A stretch of 64,000 bases of DNA. Origin: Bacteroidota bacterium (GTDB lineage Bacteria; Bacteroidota; Bacteroidia; AKYH767-A; 2013-40CM-41-45). Below, piece by piece: positions 28,149 through 37,586 of the stretch. Below the pieces are notes generated by a model. The model ran no database searches, had not been told where the DNA came from, and saw nothing but the letters and a program-made list of their open reading frames with translations. The position numbers were made by a program, and so were the translations under genes. Position 1 is the first letter of the stretch; every line of letters starts with the position of its first letter. The stretch spans positions 14,553-78,552 of the forward strand of contig JAPLDA010000077.1 in NCBI GenBank assembly GCA_026391945.1, read 5' to 3'.

Positions 28149-29201
28149 ATGAAAAAAATTTACCTACTCACTTCATTGATTCTCCCTTTGATGGCGGCAG
28201 CTCAGCCTACTGTCACACAAAGTGATTTGCCTGTTGCAGGACTGGCATTCATCATGGGAACCGATACAGGATATTCTGCAGCCATTACTCCGGGCGGAGC
28301 AAACCAGTCCTGGAATTATTCCACGCTGGCAGATGTCAGGGATGACACATCCGGATTTATTTCTTCGGCAGGAACTCCTTACCTGTCAACGTTCCCGACA
28401 TCCAATCTTGCAGCCAACAACCCGTTGAACAACACCTGGTATTATTACACGAGTGATTCATCAGGCTTTTATGTAAACGGTATTGCCGGACCCGGATCCC
28501 CGACAGGAGGTGTTGTGATCATCAGTCCGGCACAATTGTATGCGCCGGTTCCTTTTACCTATAACGACACGAGGAATAATATTTCGCGGGTAGTCGTGGA
28601 TACTGTGTACAGCGGATTCAACGCACAGTTTGTGCTGAACTTCAACGAAACATTTCTTGCTGATGGTTTCGGAACCCTCACCACACCGACCGGATTTTAC
28701 AGCAGTGTATTAAGAATAAAAATCACCACGTTGCAAATCGACTCTGCGTATTGGGACCCGTTTTCAACAGGAACCTATTCACCGGTTCCCAGCGCTTTCT
28801 TCAGCCCGATCATCCACCAGTCCACTTTCTATCGCTGGGTGCAGGATCAGCAACCCGCTTATGTATTGGGAATCGGCGCTGACAGCCTTGGAACAACAGC
28901 CAATTATTCGGAGTACCTCACGAGTTATGTGATCTTGTCAAACCAGGATCATGCAGCTCAGCAACATACGATGCTGGTATATCCGAACCCGGCAAACGAA
29001 AACATTTGTTTCAGAAACACCTCGAACGGGGAAGCAATTTTATCCATCAGGAATTTTCTCGGACAGGAAATGGAGAACAGGATGATCGGTCATGATAAAC
29101 CGGTTTCGGTAGATGTTTCAAAATATGCCAACGGGATTTATTCGTATTCCGTGGTTACAGGCCGTGAAAAAAAATCGGGAACGTTCAGCGTTCAGCATTG
29201 A
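28149..29201 (+). CDS. T9SS type A sorting domain-containing protein of unknown function
   Basis: Signal peptide; TPGGANQSWNYS and DGFGTLTTPTGFYSSVLRIK beta-rich domain; CTD LVYPNPAN...NFLGQEM...ANGIYSY. Confidence 0.85.
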   Translation: MKKIYLLTSLILPLMAAAQPTVTQSDLPVAGLAFIMGTDTGYSAAITPGGANQSWNYSTLADVRDDTSGFISSAGTPYLSTFPTSNLAANNPLNNTWYYYTSDSSGFYVNGIAGPGSPTGGVVIISPAQLYAPVPFTYNDTRNNISRVVVDTVYSGFNAQFVLNFNETFLADGFGTLTTPTGFYSSVLRIKITTLQIDSAYWDPFSTGTYSPVPSAFFSPIIHQSTFYRWVQDQQPAYVLGIGADSLGTTANYSEYLTSYVILSNQDHAAQQHTMLVYPNPANENICFRNTSNGEAILSIRNFLGQEMENRMIGHDKPVSVDVSKYANGIYSYSVVTGREKKSGTFSVQH

Positions 29202-29220
29202 TCTTATGATCCTCTGGAAA

Positions 29221-29250
29221 AAAAAGGAAGCCAATTGGTTTCCTTTTTTT
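29221..29250 (+). terminator. Intrinsic terminator
   Basis: GGAAGCC-AATT-GGTTTCC stem followed by T7. Confidence 0.75.
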
Positions 29251-29255
29251 ATTTG

Positions 29256-29263
29256 TAACTTTG
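29256..29263 (+). promoter_or_regulatory. -7 promoter element (TAACTTTG)
   Basis: TAnnTTTG match 11 nt upstream of the ATG at 29275. Confidence 0.55.
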
Positions 29264-29274
29264 TTCATCAAGCC

Positions 29275-29598
29275 ATGCTGAAACATCTCCTGAAAGCCAT
29301 ACTGACTGCCCTTTTCATCGTATCCGGATTTTTCGCATCCGCTTCCGGCGACAGCACGAAGGTCGAGAAAAAGCAGGACTACCAGATTTTTCTTAAACAT
29401 CCGGCAAAAGAAATCAGGCTACTGATGTATGAAAAAAACTTTTTACCGATCCAGGGAAAACTTTCTGAAGACAGGCAATCGGTGATCCTGAAAGATTACC
29501 AGTTCGGAAACAAAGTACGTGTGAAAGTGATTTACGAAGACGGCACGGAAGACGAGTTTGTAAAAAGCCCCTGTTACATTGATCCTGTCGTACTTTGA
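29275..29598 (+). CDS. Small hypothetical exported protein
   Basis: ATG 29275 gives signal peptide MLKHLLKAILTALFIVSGFFASA; it is preceded by a terminator and promoter motif, so the longer 29113 start is unlikely. Confidence 0.7.
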   Translation: MLKHLLKAILTALFIVSGFFASASGDSTKVEKKQDYQIFLKHPAKEIRLLMYEKNFLPIQGKLSEDRQSVILKDYQFGNKVRVKVIYEDGTEDEFVKSPCYIDPVVL

Positions 29599-29610
29599 TT
29601 TTTTTCGAAA

Positions 29611-31044
29611 TCAGTTTTGTGAAATGATACTCTCCACCTGTTTTCGGAAGGTCATGTCGAACACACTGGAACGTGTGCGTACCAGTTCCCCGGCCTGGTT
29701 GAAAATTGCGCTTACGTTGACGAGAACAGAAATCACTGAACCATCTTTACGCTGCATGTTCATTTCCAGGTCGCGAATCGAACTCGTTTTTTTTTCCTTC
29801 ATCCTCGGAAAATGATAATCGAATTTATCACGGCTGTCGAGGTCGAACAAATCCCTGACGTTTACTTTGCCGATGATTTCCTCCCGCGAATACCCGAGCC
29901 AGTTTAATTCCGTGTCGTTCATTTCAATGACGATCCCTTCATGGTTAACGGAATGAAACCCGCTTGGAGCATTGTTAAACAAATCCATGATGGCATCCGA
30001 ACGGGCTTTCAGCAATTCGGCTGATTGTTTCCGCTCGGTGATATCCGTAGCAATTCCGCAAACTGCATACACAGCCTCATCCTGGTCGAACAAAGGAAAT
30101 TTCACAGAGATGTAATGATGCATTTCCCCGTTGTTCGGTACACCTTCTTCAAACTCCATCGCCTTTCTTGTTTTAATGACCTCTACGTCGGCCTGGCGAA
30201 TGGCATCCGCAATTTCTTTCGTAAAGATTTCATGATCTGTTTTTCCTTTAATGGCTTCTTTGCTGATATGAAACAGTTTTTCATACTGATCATTGATCAT
30301 GAGGTATCTTCCATTGAGGTCTTTGATAAAAATAACGGACGTCGTGTTATCAATTACTTTCTGTAACAGATCCTTATGTTCCCGAAGCATTTCATCTGAC
30401 TTCCTCCGCTCTTTAAAATAATATTTCAATACAAAAAAGATGGCGATGATCGTAATGGCAATTTTAATAAGAAGCAAATCGAATGTAAGATTGAAGTTCC
30501 TGATGAAATCATGGTTGCTTTCCCTCTTCCTGTTGAGCGCAAGATCTTCGTCCGTTAACATTTGCCCGGTGATCGACCTGATTTTATCCATCAATAATTT
30601 GTCGTCGCCTGCAGAGAAAAACGAAACGGCCTCGGCCATTCCTTTGTTCCGCCTGATCTCAATGGTGCGCGTAGAGTTCGATATTTTCTGATCCGCAAGT
30701 TTTTCCAGTTCAAGTACGTGGTTCAGCTGAACCGTATTTCCTGCGGTGATTTCTTTCAGGTGATCCACATGCCCGAAAATACCGGCTATGGCCTTGTTGG
30801 TAGGCTCCAGATAATTTTCATCGCCGGTCAGCACATATCCCCTGGCGCCGGTTTCAAGGTCGATGGCAACAGCGAGCAACTGTTCGATGTGGTATTTTAT
30901 TTCCTGGGAACGGTCAACTTCTGCAGCTGATTCCAAAACGCGGTTGCTGTTCCGGTGAGAAAAAAATGCCAGTGAACATAAAATGATCAGGATGGAAAGT
31001 AATGAAACCAGTATTTTTTTTTCTGATTTGCTGAGTGGCTTCAT
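29611..31044 (-). CDS. CHASE3-PAS-PAS membrane sensor lacking a kinase or other output domain
   Basis: TM, CHASE3 (DLETGARGYVLTGDENYLEP), TM, PAS (IFIKDLNGRYLMIN...DITERK), PAS (APSGFHSVN...LGYSREEIIG...DMTFRK), then stop 9 residues later. Confidence 0.85.
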   Translation of the reverse strand: MKPLSKSEKKILVSLLSILIILCSLAFFSHRNSNRVLESAAEVDRSQEIKYHIEQLLAVAIDLETGARGYVLTGDENYLEPTNKAIAGIFGHVDHLKEITAGNTVQLNHVLELEKLADQKISNSTRTIEIRRNKGMAEAVSFFSAGDDKLLMDKIRSITGQMLTDEDLALNRKRESNHDFIRNFNLTFDLLLIKIAITIIAIFFVLKYYFKERRKSDEMLREHKDLLQKVIDNTTSVIFIKDLNGRYLMINDQYEKLFHISKEAIKGKTDHEIFTKEIADAIRQADVEVIKTRKAMEFEEGVPNNGEMHHYISVKFPLFDQDEAVYAVCGIATDITERKQSAELLKARSDAIMDLFNNAPSGFHSVNHEGIVIEMNDTELNWLGYSREEIIGKVNVRDLFDLDSRDKFDYHFPRMKEKKTSSIRDLEMNMQRKDGSVISVLVNVSAIFNQAGELVRTRSSVFDMTFRKQVESIISQN

Positions 31045-31216
31045 GGGTTCTTTCCGGGATGATGCTGATGTGAATACAAAAGTATACTATTTATTTCTGA
31101 GTACGGCAATCAATTTTTACAATTAATTGCTTCTAACAAAGAAAAGATACGAATTAGTTTATACGATGAAGGGGAATCCGGAGACTTGTAAAAACAAAAA
31201 AAAGGAATGTGTGCTT

Positions 31217-32530
31217 TCAGTGAGCAACTTCTCCGTACAAATCGAATTCTTCTGCTCTTGTGATTTTCACATGGGCAAAATCCCCGATTCTCACATACTG
31301 TTTCCCGGCATCCACGAGTACTTCATTGTCGACTTCCGGTGAGTCGGATTCGGTCCGCCCGACAAAATAATTTCCTTCCTTCCGGTCAAATAAAACTTTA
31401 CATGTGTTACCGATTTTCTCCTGGTTCAGTTCGTGCGAAATGTTCTGCTGAACTGACATGATTTCTTCGGCACGCATCCGTTTCACATCATCGGGAACAT
31501 CATCCGTGAGGCCGAATGCATGGGTATTTTCTTCGTGTGAATAAGTAAAAACACCAAGGCGTTCGAAACGTGTTTCGTTCACCCACTCTTTCATTTCTTC
31601 AAAATCATTTTCCGTTTCGCCGGGATAACCTGCAATCAACGTGGTGCGGATGACAATCCCTGGGACTTTCTCACGGATGGAATGAACGAGATCAATGGTT
31701 TTCTTTTTAGTGGTTCCCCTTCGCATGCTTTTGAGCATGCGATCGGAAATATGCTGCAGCGGCATGTCGAGGTAGTTGCAGATGTTCTGGCGTTCATTCA
31801 TCACCTCGAGGATATCCATCGGGAAACCCGAAGGAAAAGCATAATGCAGCCTGATCCATTCGATGCCATTCACATCTGAAAGTTTCCGGAGAAGTTCCGA
31901 AAGATTCCGCGAGTCACCACGGTCAAGCCCGTAGTACGTGAGATCCTGGGCAATCAGGATCAGTTCCTTCACACCTTTGGAAGCAAGCGCTTTCGTTTGT
32001 TTCACCAATTCATCAACAGGAACAGAAACATGTTTTCCGCGCATCAGCGGAATGGCGCAAAACGAACAGGGACGGTCGCATCCTTCCGAAATTTTAAGGA
32101 AAGCAAAATGCTGTGGGGTGGTAAGAAAACGTTCCCCGATGAGTTCATGTTTATAATCAGCTCCCAGCGATTTCAAAAGTTTCGGCAGATCATGCGTGCC
32201 GAAATAATCATCCACGTTCGGAATTTCTTTTTGCAGTTGCGGTTTGTAACGTTCGCTCAGGCAGCCTGTCACCACCAGCTTATCGATTCTTCCTTCTTCC
32301 TTCGCCCGGGCAAACCGGAGGATGGTGTCGATGCTTTCCTGTTTTGCATGGTCGATGAAACCACAGGTGTTGATGATCACAACGGAAGCATCATCCGAAT
32401 CGCTTTCATGAACCACGTCAAATTTGTTCGCCTGCAACTGCCCCATCAACACTTCGGAGTCGAAAATGTTTTTCGAACAACCGAGCGTGATCACGTTGAC
32501 TTTATTTTTCCTGAGCGTTTTTGTTTTCAT
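31217..32530 (-). CDS. rimO: Ribosomal protein S12 methylthiotransferase
   Basis: ITLGCSKN, INTCGFI, radical SAM CxxxCxxC (EGCDRPCSFCAIP), C-terminal TRAM (SPEVD). Confidence 0.97.
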   Translation of the reverse strand: MKTKTLRKNKVNVITLGCSKNIFDSEVLMGQLQANKFDVVHESDSDDASVVIINTCGFIDHAKQESIDTILRFARAKEEGRIDKLVVTGCLSERYKPQLQKEIPNVDDYFGTHDLPKLLKSLGADYKHELIGERFLTTPQHFAFLKISEGCDRPCSFCAIPLMRGKHVSVPVDELVKQTKALASKGVKELILIAQDLTYYGLDRGDSRNLSELLRKLSDVNGIEWIRLHYAFPSGFPMDILEVMNERQNICNYLDMPLQHISDRMLKSMRRGTTKKKTIDLVHSIREKVPGIVIRTTLIAGYPGETENDFEEMKEWVNETRFERLGVFTYSHEENTHAFGLTDDVPDDVKRMRAEEIMSVQQNISHELNQEKIGNTCKVLFDRKEGNYFVGRTESDSPEVDNEVLVDAGKQYVRIGDFAHVKITRAEEFDLYGEVAH

Positions 32531-32551
32531 GATCGGAAAGATCCCGGCAGA

Positions 32552-33508
32552 TTATGAAAAGAGTGAATCCACAAATTCAATCCTGTTGAATACCTGGAGG
32601 TCATCAGTTTTTTCCCCTACGCCGATGTACTTCACCGGGATTTTAAATTCATCAGAAATACCAATCACCACTCCGCCTTTCGCTGTACCATCGAGCTTGG
32701 TCAATGCCAGCGACGTGACCTCGGTTGCTTTGGTAAACTGCCTGGCCTGTTCAATGGCATTCTGACCTGTGGAAGCATCCAGCACCAGCAGCACTTCATG
32801 CGGCGCTTCGGGAATCACTTTCTGCATCACCCGTTTAATTTTTGACAGCTCATTCATCAGGTTAATTTTATTATGAAGACGACCGGCTGTATCAATGATG
32901 ACCACATCTGTTTTCTGTGCAACGGCCGACTTCACGGTATCGAATGCGACGGACGCAGGATCGGAGCCCATGGGTTGCTTGATGATCGGTACATCCACGC
33001 GCCTGCTCCATACATCGAGTTGGTCGACGGCTGCTGCCCGGAACGTATCGGCAGCTCCCAGCAATACTTTTTTCCCTGACTTTTTAAACTGGTAAGCCAG
33101 TTTACCGATGGTCGTCGTTTTCCCGACACCATTCACCCCAACCACCATGATCACATAAGGAGTTCCGTTCATCACGGGAACTGAAAAATCTTCAGCATCG
33201 GCAACATTGTTTTCGGATAACAGGGCAGCAATCTCTTCCTTCAGGATGGCATTGAGTTCACTGGTCCCTACATATTTATCCTTTGCAACACGATCTTCAA
33301 TTCTTTTGATGATCTTCAGCGTAGTGGTGACGCCGACATCAGAAGAAACAAGAATTTCCTCCAGGTTGTCGAGTACTTCCGAATCCACGGTTGATTTACC
33401 GACCACTGCTTTCGTGATCCTGGAGAACAAACTGGTCTTTGTCTTCTCCAGTCCTTTATCAAGACTTTCCTTTTTTTCTTTTGAAAATATGCTGCTGAAT
33501 ATTCCCAT
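32552..33508 (-). CDS. ftsY: Signal recognition particle receptor FtsY
   Basis: GVNGVGKTTT, DTFRAAA, DTAGR, TKLDGTAKGG. Confidence 0.98.
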   Translation of the reverse strand: MGIFSSIFSKEKKESLDKGLEKTKTSLFSRITKAVVGKSTVDSEVLDNLEEILVSSDVGVTTTLKIIKRIEDRVAKDKYVGTSELNAILKEEIAALLSENNVADAEDFSVPVMNGTPYVIMVVGVNGVGKTTTIGKLAYQFKKSGKKVLLGAADTFRAAAVDQLDVWSRRVDVPIIKQPMGSDPASVAFDTVKSAVAQKTDVVIIDTAGRLHNKINLMNELSKIKRVMQKVIPEAPHEVLLVLDASTGQNAIEQARQFTKATEVTSLALTKLDGTAKGGVVIGISDEFKIPVKYIGVGEKTDDLQVFNRIEFVDSLFS

Positions 33509-33545
33509 CCTGTAAAATGATTATTTCAATAAGTGAATCATGGAA

Positions 33546-33580
33546 ACAAAAAAAGCTTCTCCCGAAATGAAAGAAGCTCT
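33546..33580 (-). terminator. Intrinsic terminator after rpmG-DUF4295
   Basis: Minus strand reads AGCTTCTTTC-ATTTC-GGGAGAAGCT followed by TTTTTTG. Confidence 0.7.
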
Positions 33581-33599
33581 CCTTTAAAATGCTTTGGGA

Positions 33600-33752
33600 T
33601 TATTTGTTTTTCAGAAAATCTTTTACGTGATCGTTATGAACCACCTCTTCCCTGAAGGTATAAGAACCCGATGAAGATTTGACCATCTTGATCACTTTCG
33701 AAAACTCTTTTCCTTTTCCTGATTTCAGTGTTGCGACTACTTTCTTTGCCAT
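33600..33752 (-). CDS. DUF4295 family small protein (50 aa; below the ORF-track cutoff)
   Basis: Hand translation: MAKKVVATLKSGKGKEFSKVIKMVKSSSGSYTFREEVVHNDHVKDFLKNK*. Typical position between rpmG and ftsY. Confidence 0.92.
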   Translation of the reverse strand: MAKKVVATLKSGKGKEFSKVIKMVKSSSGSYTFREEVVHNDHVKDFLKNK

Positions 33753-33818
33753 GGTATGAAGCTGTTAAATTTGATGCTTGATTTTACTGGTCATTTTTCC
33801 CTGTTCAGGGAAAGACCG

Positions 33819-34001
33819 TTATTTAATTTCTTTATGAACCGTCATTTTTTTCATAATCGGGTTGAATTTTTTCAACTCAATACGCTCTGTTGTGTTTTTC
33901 TTGTTCTTGGTAGTAATGTACCTGGAAGTGCCCGGCAGGCCACTTGTTTTGTGCTCCGTGCATTCAAGAATTACCTGGATTCTATTTCCTTTTTTTGCCA
34001 T
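33819..34001 (-). CDS. rpmG: 50S ribosomal protein L33
   Basis: [17 protein letters not shown]...[23 protein letters not shown]. Confidence 0.98.
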   Translation of the reverse strand: MAKKGNRIQVILECTEHKTSGLPGTSRYITTKNKKNTTERIELKKFNPIMKKMTVHKEIK

Positions 34002-34095
34002 TTGATTAAGTTATCTGGTATTCATCATCCTGTATTGCCGGCAAGTAACCGGTTCATCAATCAATGATAATGAATGAGTTTAGTTAAACGGGCTG

Positions 34096-34103
34096 CAAAT
34101 ATA
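34096..34103 (-). promoter_or_regulatory. -7 promoter element (TATATTTG) for rpmG
   Basis: Minus strand reads CTATATTTGCAGCCCG, about 95 nt upstream of rpmG. Confidence 0.6.
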
Positions 34104-34157
34104 GTGTAATTTTTCTATTTCAAAAATTCCGAAACAGATTTTTTTTAGCTGTTTAGG

Positions 34158-35132
34158 CTAATTCTGAAGCAATCCTTCTACTATTTTCTCCACGGAAACC
34201 CCATCGGCTTCCGCCTTGTAATTTCGGACAATGCGATGCCTGAGAATGGCCGGGGCCACGGCTTTCACATCTTCGATATCGGGCGAAAATTTTCCCTTCA
34301 AAGCAGCGTGGCATTTGGCGCCAATCACGAGGTACTGCGAAGCCCTCGGGCCGGCTCCCCATGCCAGGTAATTGTTCGCATCAGAGGTGGCTACTTTTGT
34401 ATTCGGCCTGGTTTTCTGAGCCAGCGAAACAGCATACTGCAGCACGTTATCAGGAATCGGAATCCTCCGGATCAGTCCCTGGAAGAAAACAATTTCCTCC
34501 GCAGAGATGACCTTTTCAAGTTGCGGGTTGTAATCGGACGTGGTGTTTTTTACGACCATCACTTCCTGGTTAAAATCAGGATACGTAAGCATCACGTTGA
34601 ACATAAACCTGTCCAACTGCGCTTCAGGCAACGGGTAGGTTCCCTCCTGTTCAATCGGGTTTTGCGTGGCAAGAACGAAGAAAGGAAGATCCAGCGGATA
34701 ACGTTTGCCGGCAGCAGTTACAGCATATTCCTGCATCGCTTCCAGCAAAGCACTTTGAGTTTTCGGCGGCGTCCGGTTGATTTCATCGGCAAGGATGATG
34801 TTCGCAAACAGCGGCCCTTTCACAAAATGAAAATGGCGCGACTCGTCCAGTATTTCTGTTCCGATGATATCAGAAGGCATGAGGTCGGGAGTAAACTGGA
34901 TACGGTTGTACGTCAACCCCAGCGTCCTGGCTATCGTGTTTACAAGCAATGTCTTCGCCAGACCGGGAACACCAACGAGCAGGCAATGGCCGCGGCTGAA
35001 AATGGAAATGAGCACATCCTGCACCACTTCATCCTGGCCGATGATCACCTTGCCAATCTCACTTCTCAATCGCCGGTATGATGTGACCAGGTCCTGTACA
35101 GCTTCCACATCCGATGCATATTGTTTCGACAT
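34158..35132 (-). CDS. MoxR-family AAA+ ATPase
   Basis: LLVGVPGLAKT, RIQFTPDLMPSDI, LADEINRTPPKTQSALLEAM, ATQNPIEQEGTYPLPEAQLDRF. Confidence 0.96.
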   Translation of the reverse strand: MSKQYASDVEAVQDLVTSYRRLRSEIGKVIIGQDEVVQDVLISIFSRGHCLLVGVPGLAKTLLVNTIARTLGLTYNRIQFTPDLMPSDIIGTEILDESRHFHFVKGPLFANIILADEINRTPPKTQSALLEAMQEYAVTAAGKRYPLDLPFFVLATQNPIEQEGTYPLPEAQLDRFMFNVMLTYPDFNQEVMVVKNTTSDYNPQLEKVISAEEIVFFQGLIRRIPIPDNVLQYAVSLAQKTRPNTKVATSDANNYLAWGAGPRASQYLVIGAKCHAALKGKFSPDIEDVKAVAPAILRHRIVRNYKAEADGVSVEKIVEGLLQN

Positions 35133-35162
35133 AATGAATCCGTTATCTTTTTTTGTTGATGG

Positions 35163-36527
35163 TTAATTACTTTCTGTCCTCCAGTGTTTCAATGATTCAC
35201 AGTATTTGTATTCATCATTGATATGAATGTAGGTTGATTTTTTTTTCCGGGTAACCCAATCGCTCATGGCTTTGCTTTGCTTCTCCTGCAACGTGACTTC
35301 CTGTATTTTCTGGTAATCGTCTTTGAGATTTGCCTTATGCGGTTTGGAGCGGTTCTTCAGGACAACCAGCCGGTATGCATTTTTTCCTTCAGGAGTTGTC
35401 ATCAGCAAGGGACCGGCAATGGAATTCAACTGCATGGAGTCAACCTGGAAAAATAAAAGACGATCCATTTTATCCGGGGACAGATGCGTGGTTCCGGTTT
35501 CCGGGTTGATCATCAGGCCTCCGTTATTTTTTGTATCCTCATCATCAGAAAATTTTTCGGCGGCTTCATCAAAGGAAATGGCTCCGCTTTCAATCTTCTT
35601 TTTCAGACTGTCAAGAAAATTAACGGCCTTCAGGAGATCTTTATCGGAAACTTTTGGCTGAAGCAGGATGTGACGCACATTGATCTGGTCGCCCCTGCGC
35701 TCGATAAGCTGGAGAATATGATAACCGAATTTAGTTTCCACGATGGGTGAAACATCTCCCGGTTTGAGGTTGAACGCTGCCGCTTCAAATTCCGGGACCA
35801 TTTGTCCGCGCTCGAAGAAGCCCAGTTCGCCACCCTTTTTGGAGGAGGCCGCATCCTTCGAATACAAAGCTGCTTTCACTGAAAAATCTTCCCCGGCAAG
35901 GATCCTGTTCCTGTATTCTTCCAGTTGCGCCCTCACACTTTTCTTTTCTTCATCACTCACGGGAGGTTTGCGAACGATGTGTGCCACTTCCATTTCGGCA
36001 TCGATGTAAGGAACGCTGTCAGGAGGAATGTTCTCAAAATAGATGCGCACATCATTCGGTGTGGCCGTGACTTCTTTGGTGATTTTTCCCTGCATCGTCT
36101 GAACCGTGAGTTGTTCACGAATCAGGTCTTTCAGTTCCGCCTTGAGTTGTATGATGGTAGTATGAAAATATTCTTCCAGTTTTTGTTCTGACCCGATCTG
36201 CCGGATGTAATACCTCATGCGTTTTTCCAGTTCTCCGTCGACCTGGGCATCGGAAACAACCACGCTGTCGACTTCCGCCTGGTTCACAAGGAGTTTTTGT
36301 AAAAGCAACTGGTCGAAAATAAGACAACGGCCTTCGCTGCTGCGTTCTCCGCCCTGTAGAATGAACTGGTTGTACTGTTTTTCGATATCCGATTGCAGGA
36401 TGATTTTACTGCCCACCACGGCTACCACCTGGTCGATCACTTTCGACGATTGTGCTGAAGCTGATGACAAAATACTGCAGGCCAAAACCGGAAGTGCTAT
36501 AAAGCGGAAGAAATTTTTTTTTCTCAT
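35163..36527 (-). CDS. surA: Periplasmic chaperone/PPIase SurA
   Basis: IDQVVAVVG N-domain and two parvulin domains (GGELG...MVPEFE; RHIL...FSDD...NNGG). Confidence 0.88.
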   Translation of the reverse strand: MRKKNFFRFIALPVLACSILSSASAQSSKVIDQVVAVVGSKIILQSDIEKQYNQFILQGGERSSEGRCLIFDQLLLQKLLVNQAEVDSVVVSDAQVDGELEKRMRYYIRQIGSEQKLEEYFHTTIIQLKAELKDLIREQLTVQTMQGKITKEVTATPNDVRIYFENIPPDSVPYIDAEMEVAHIVRKPPVSDEEKKSVRAQLEEYRNRILAGEDFSVKAALYSKDAASSKKGGELGFFERGQMVPEFEAAAFNLKPGDVSPIVETKFGYHILQLIERRGDQINVRHILLQPKVSDKDLLKAVNFLDSLKKKIESGAISFDEAAEKFSDDEDTKNNGGLMINPETGTTHLSPDKMDRLLFFQVDSMQLNSIAGPLLMTTPEGKNAYRLVVLKNRSKPHKANLKDDYQKIQEVTLQEKQSKAMSDWVTRKKKSTYIHINDEYKYCESLKHWRTESN

Positions 36528-36534
36528 GAAGGGG

Positions 36535-36542
36535 CAAAGTTA
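36535..36542 (-). promoter_or_regulatory. -7 promoter element (TAACTTTG) immediately upstream of surA
   Basis: TAnnTTTG match only 7 nt from the ATG at 36527. Confidence 0.45.
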
Positions 36543-36547
36543 ATTTT

Positions 36548-37402
36548 TTAATACACTTCAAAATCGTTGTTTTTTTTCGCATGTTCAAATGCCTGCTGTT
36601 CCATCTGGTCGATCAGTTTTAATTTACGTTGGTTCAGGATCATGGTGCGAATGTTATTTTCTTCAAAGCTCAACGGGGAAACACTGTTCTTAATTTTAAA
36701 TCCTTTGATGCTTACCAGATAAATGTTCAATGAATCTTCCATCTCAATGTTCCTGTTGTTCTGAAGAAATTGTTCTTTGTCGTAGGTCTTGATGGGAATC
36801 TCTTTCAGCAAATCATCAAATTGTAACCACACGTTATCATCGAGGTAATAGTTCAAAGCATACTGGTGACAGTAGTCGGTAAGCAAAGCCCTGTCCTTTT
36901 TTATGTCTGATTTGTACCATTGTTTCGCCCTTTCAATTTTCGGTGACTTCTTATTCAGTTTCAGATAGATAACCTTGATTATATTATCCTTTAGTTCGAA
37001 GTTGTTCTGGTTGTTGAGATAAAAATCTTCGATTTCTTTTTGAGAAATATTGGTATCCAGTTTCTGTTCGATCAGTGCCTTTTCATACGCATAGGTGACG
37101 AGCGAATTCCGGTATTCCTCCAGTTGTTTTTCCACATCCTTTTTTTCATTGTCGAGGTTGTCTTCCGCTTTCCTCAAAACAACTTTCCTCCTGATCCAGT
37201 TCTGAATAAAATTTTTGGTAGCCGTGATGCTGTCCTGCCTCGATGATCCGGCCGGAACAATTCCAACGAGGTCTTCCGGGAACAAATACAGATCGTACAC
37301 GCGCGCAATGGCATTCTTCTTATCACCACCCTTCCTGAAAAGTTTACAGGAAGAAGCCGCAAGAAGCAGGATGAGAAAACAAAAGAGGGATGCTCTTTTC
37401 AT
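36548..37402 (-). CDS. Conserved lipoprotein of the PPIase cluster (degenerate rotamase-like)
   Basis: ATG 37402 gives lipobox LAASSC; AIARVYDLYL...FIQNWIRR...EKQLEEYRNSL motif; lies between two PPIases. Confidence 0.8.
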   Translation of the reverse strand: MKRASLFCFLILLLAASSCKLFRKGGDKKNAIARVYDLYLFPEDLVGIVPAGSSRQDSITATKNFIQNWIRRKVVLRKAEDNLDNEKKDVEKQLEEYRNSLVTYAYEKALIEQKLDTNISQKEIEDFYLNNQNNFELKDNIIKVIYLKLNKKSPKIERAKQWYKSDIKKDRALLTDYCHQYALNYYLDDNVWLQFDDLLKEIPIKTYDKEQFLQNNRNIEMEDSLNIYLVSIKGFKIKNSVSPLSFEENNIRTMILNQRKLKLIDQMEQQAFEHAKKNNDFEVY

Positions 37403-37586
37403 GTTAAACCTGGTTGTAATACCATTACTCAATATAAAATAATCCAATCCGCCTCGGCAGAGGTATTATGCCGATAGAGTATCTGTATAACTTGTTGTAC
37501 CGGTACGAGCTGATACGAAACTACAAAGTAAAATGGCGTTCACCAATTGCATGAATGAACGCCATTGAAACTATTTTATTGAACAG

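Noticed and set aside
29560-29613. Frameshifted continuation of the CHASE3-PAS-PAS gene into a kinase domain
   Set aside because: A convergent gene ends at 29598 and there is no H-box or HATPase motif in the downstream minus-strand ORFs.
34236-35081. 281-aa plus-strand ORF antisense to the MoxR ATPase
   Set aside because: Shadow ORF opposite a highly conserved gene, with no motifs or signal features.
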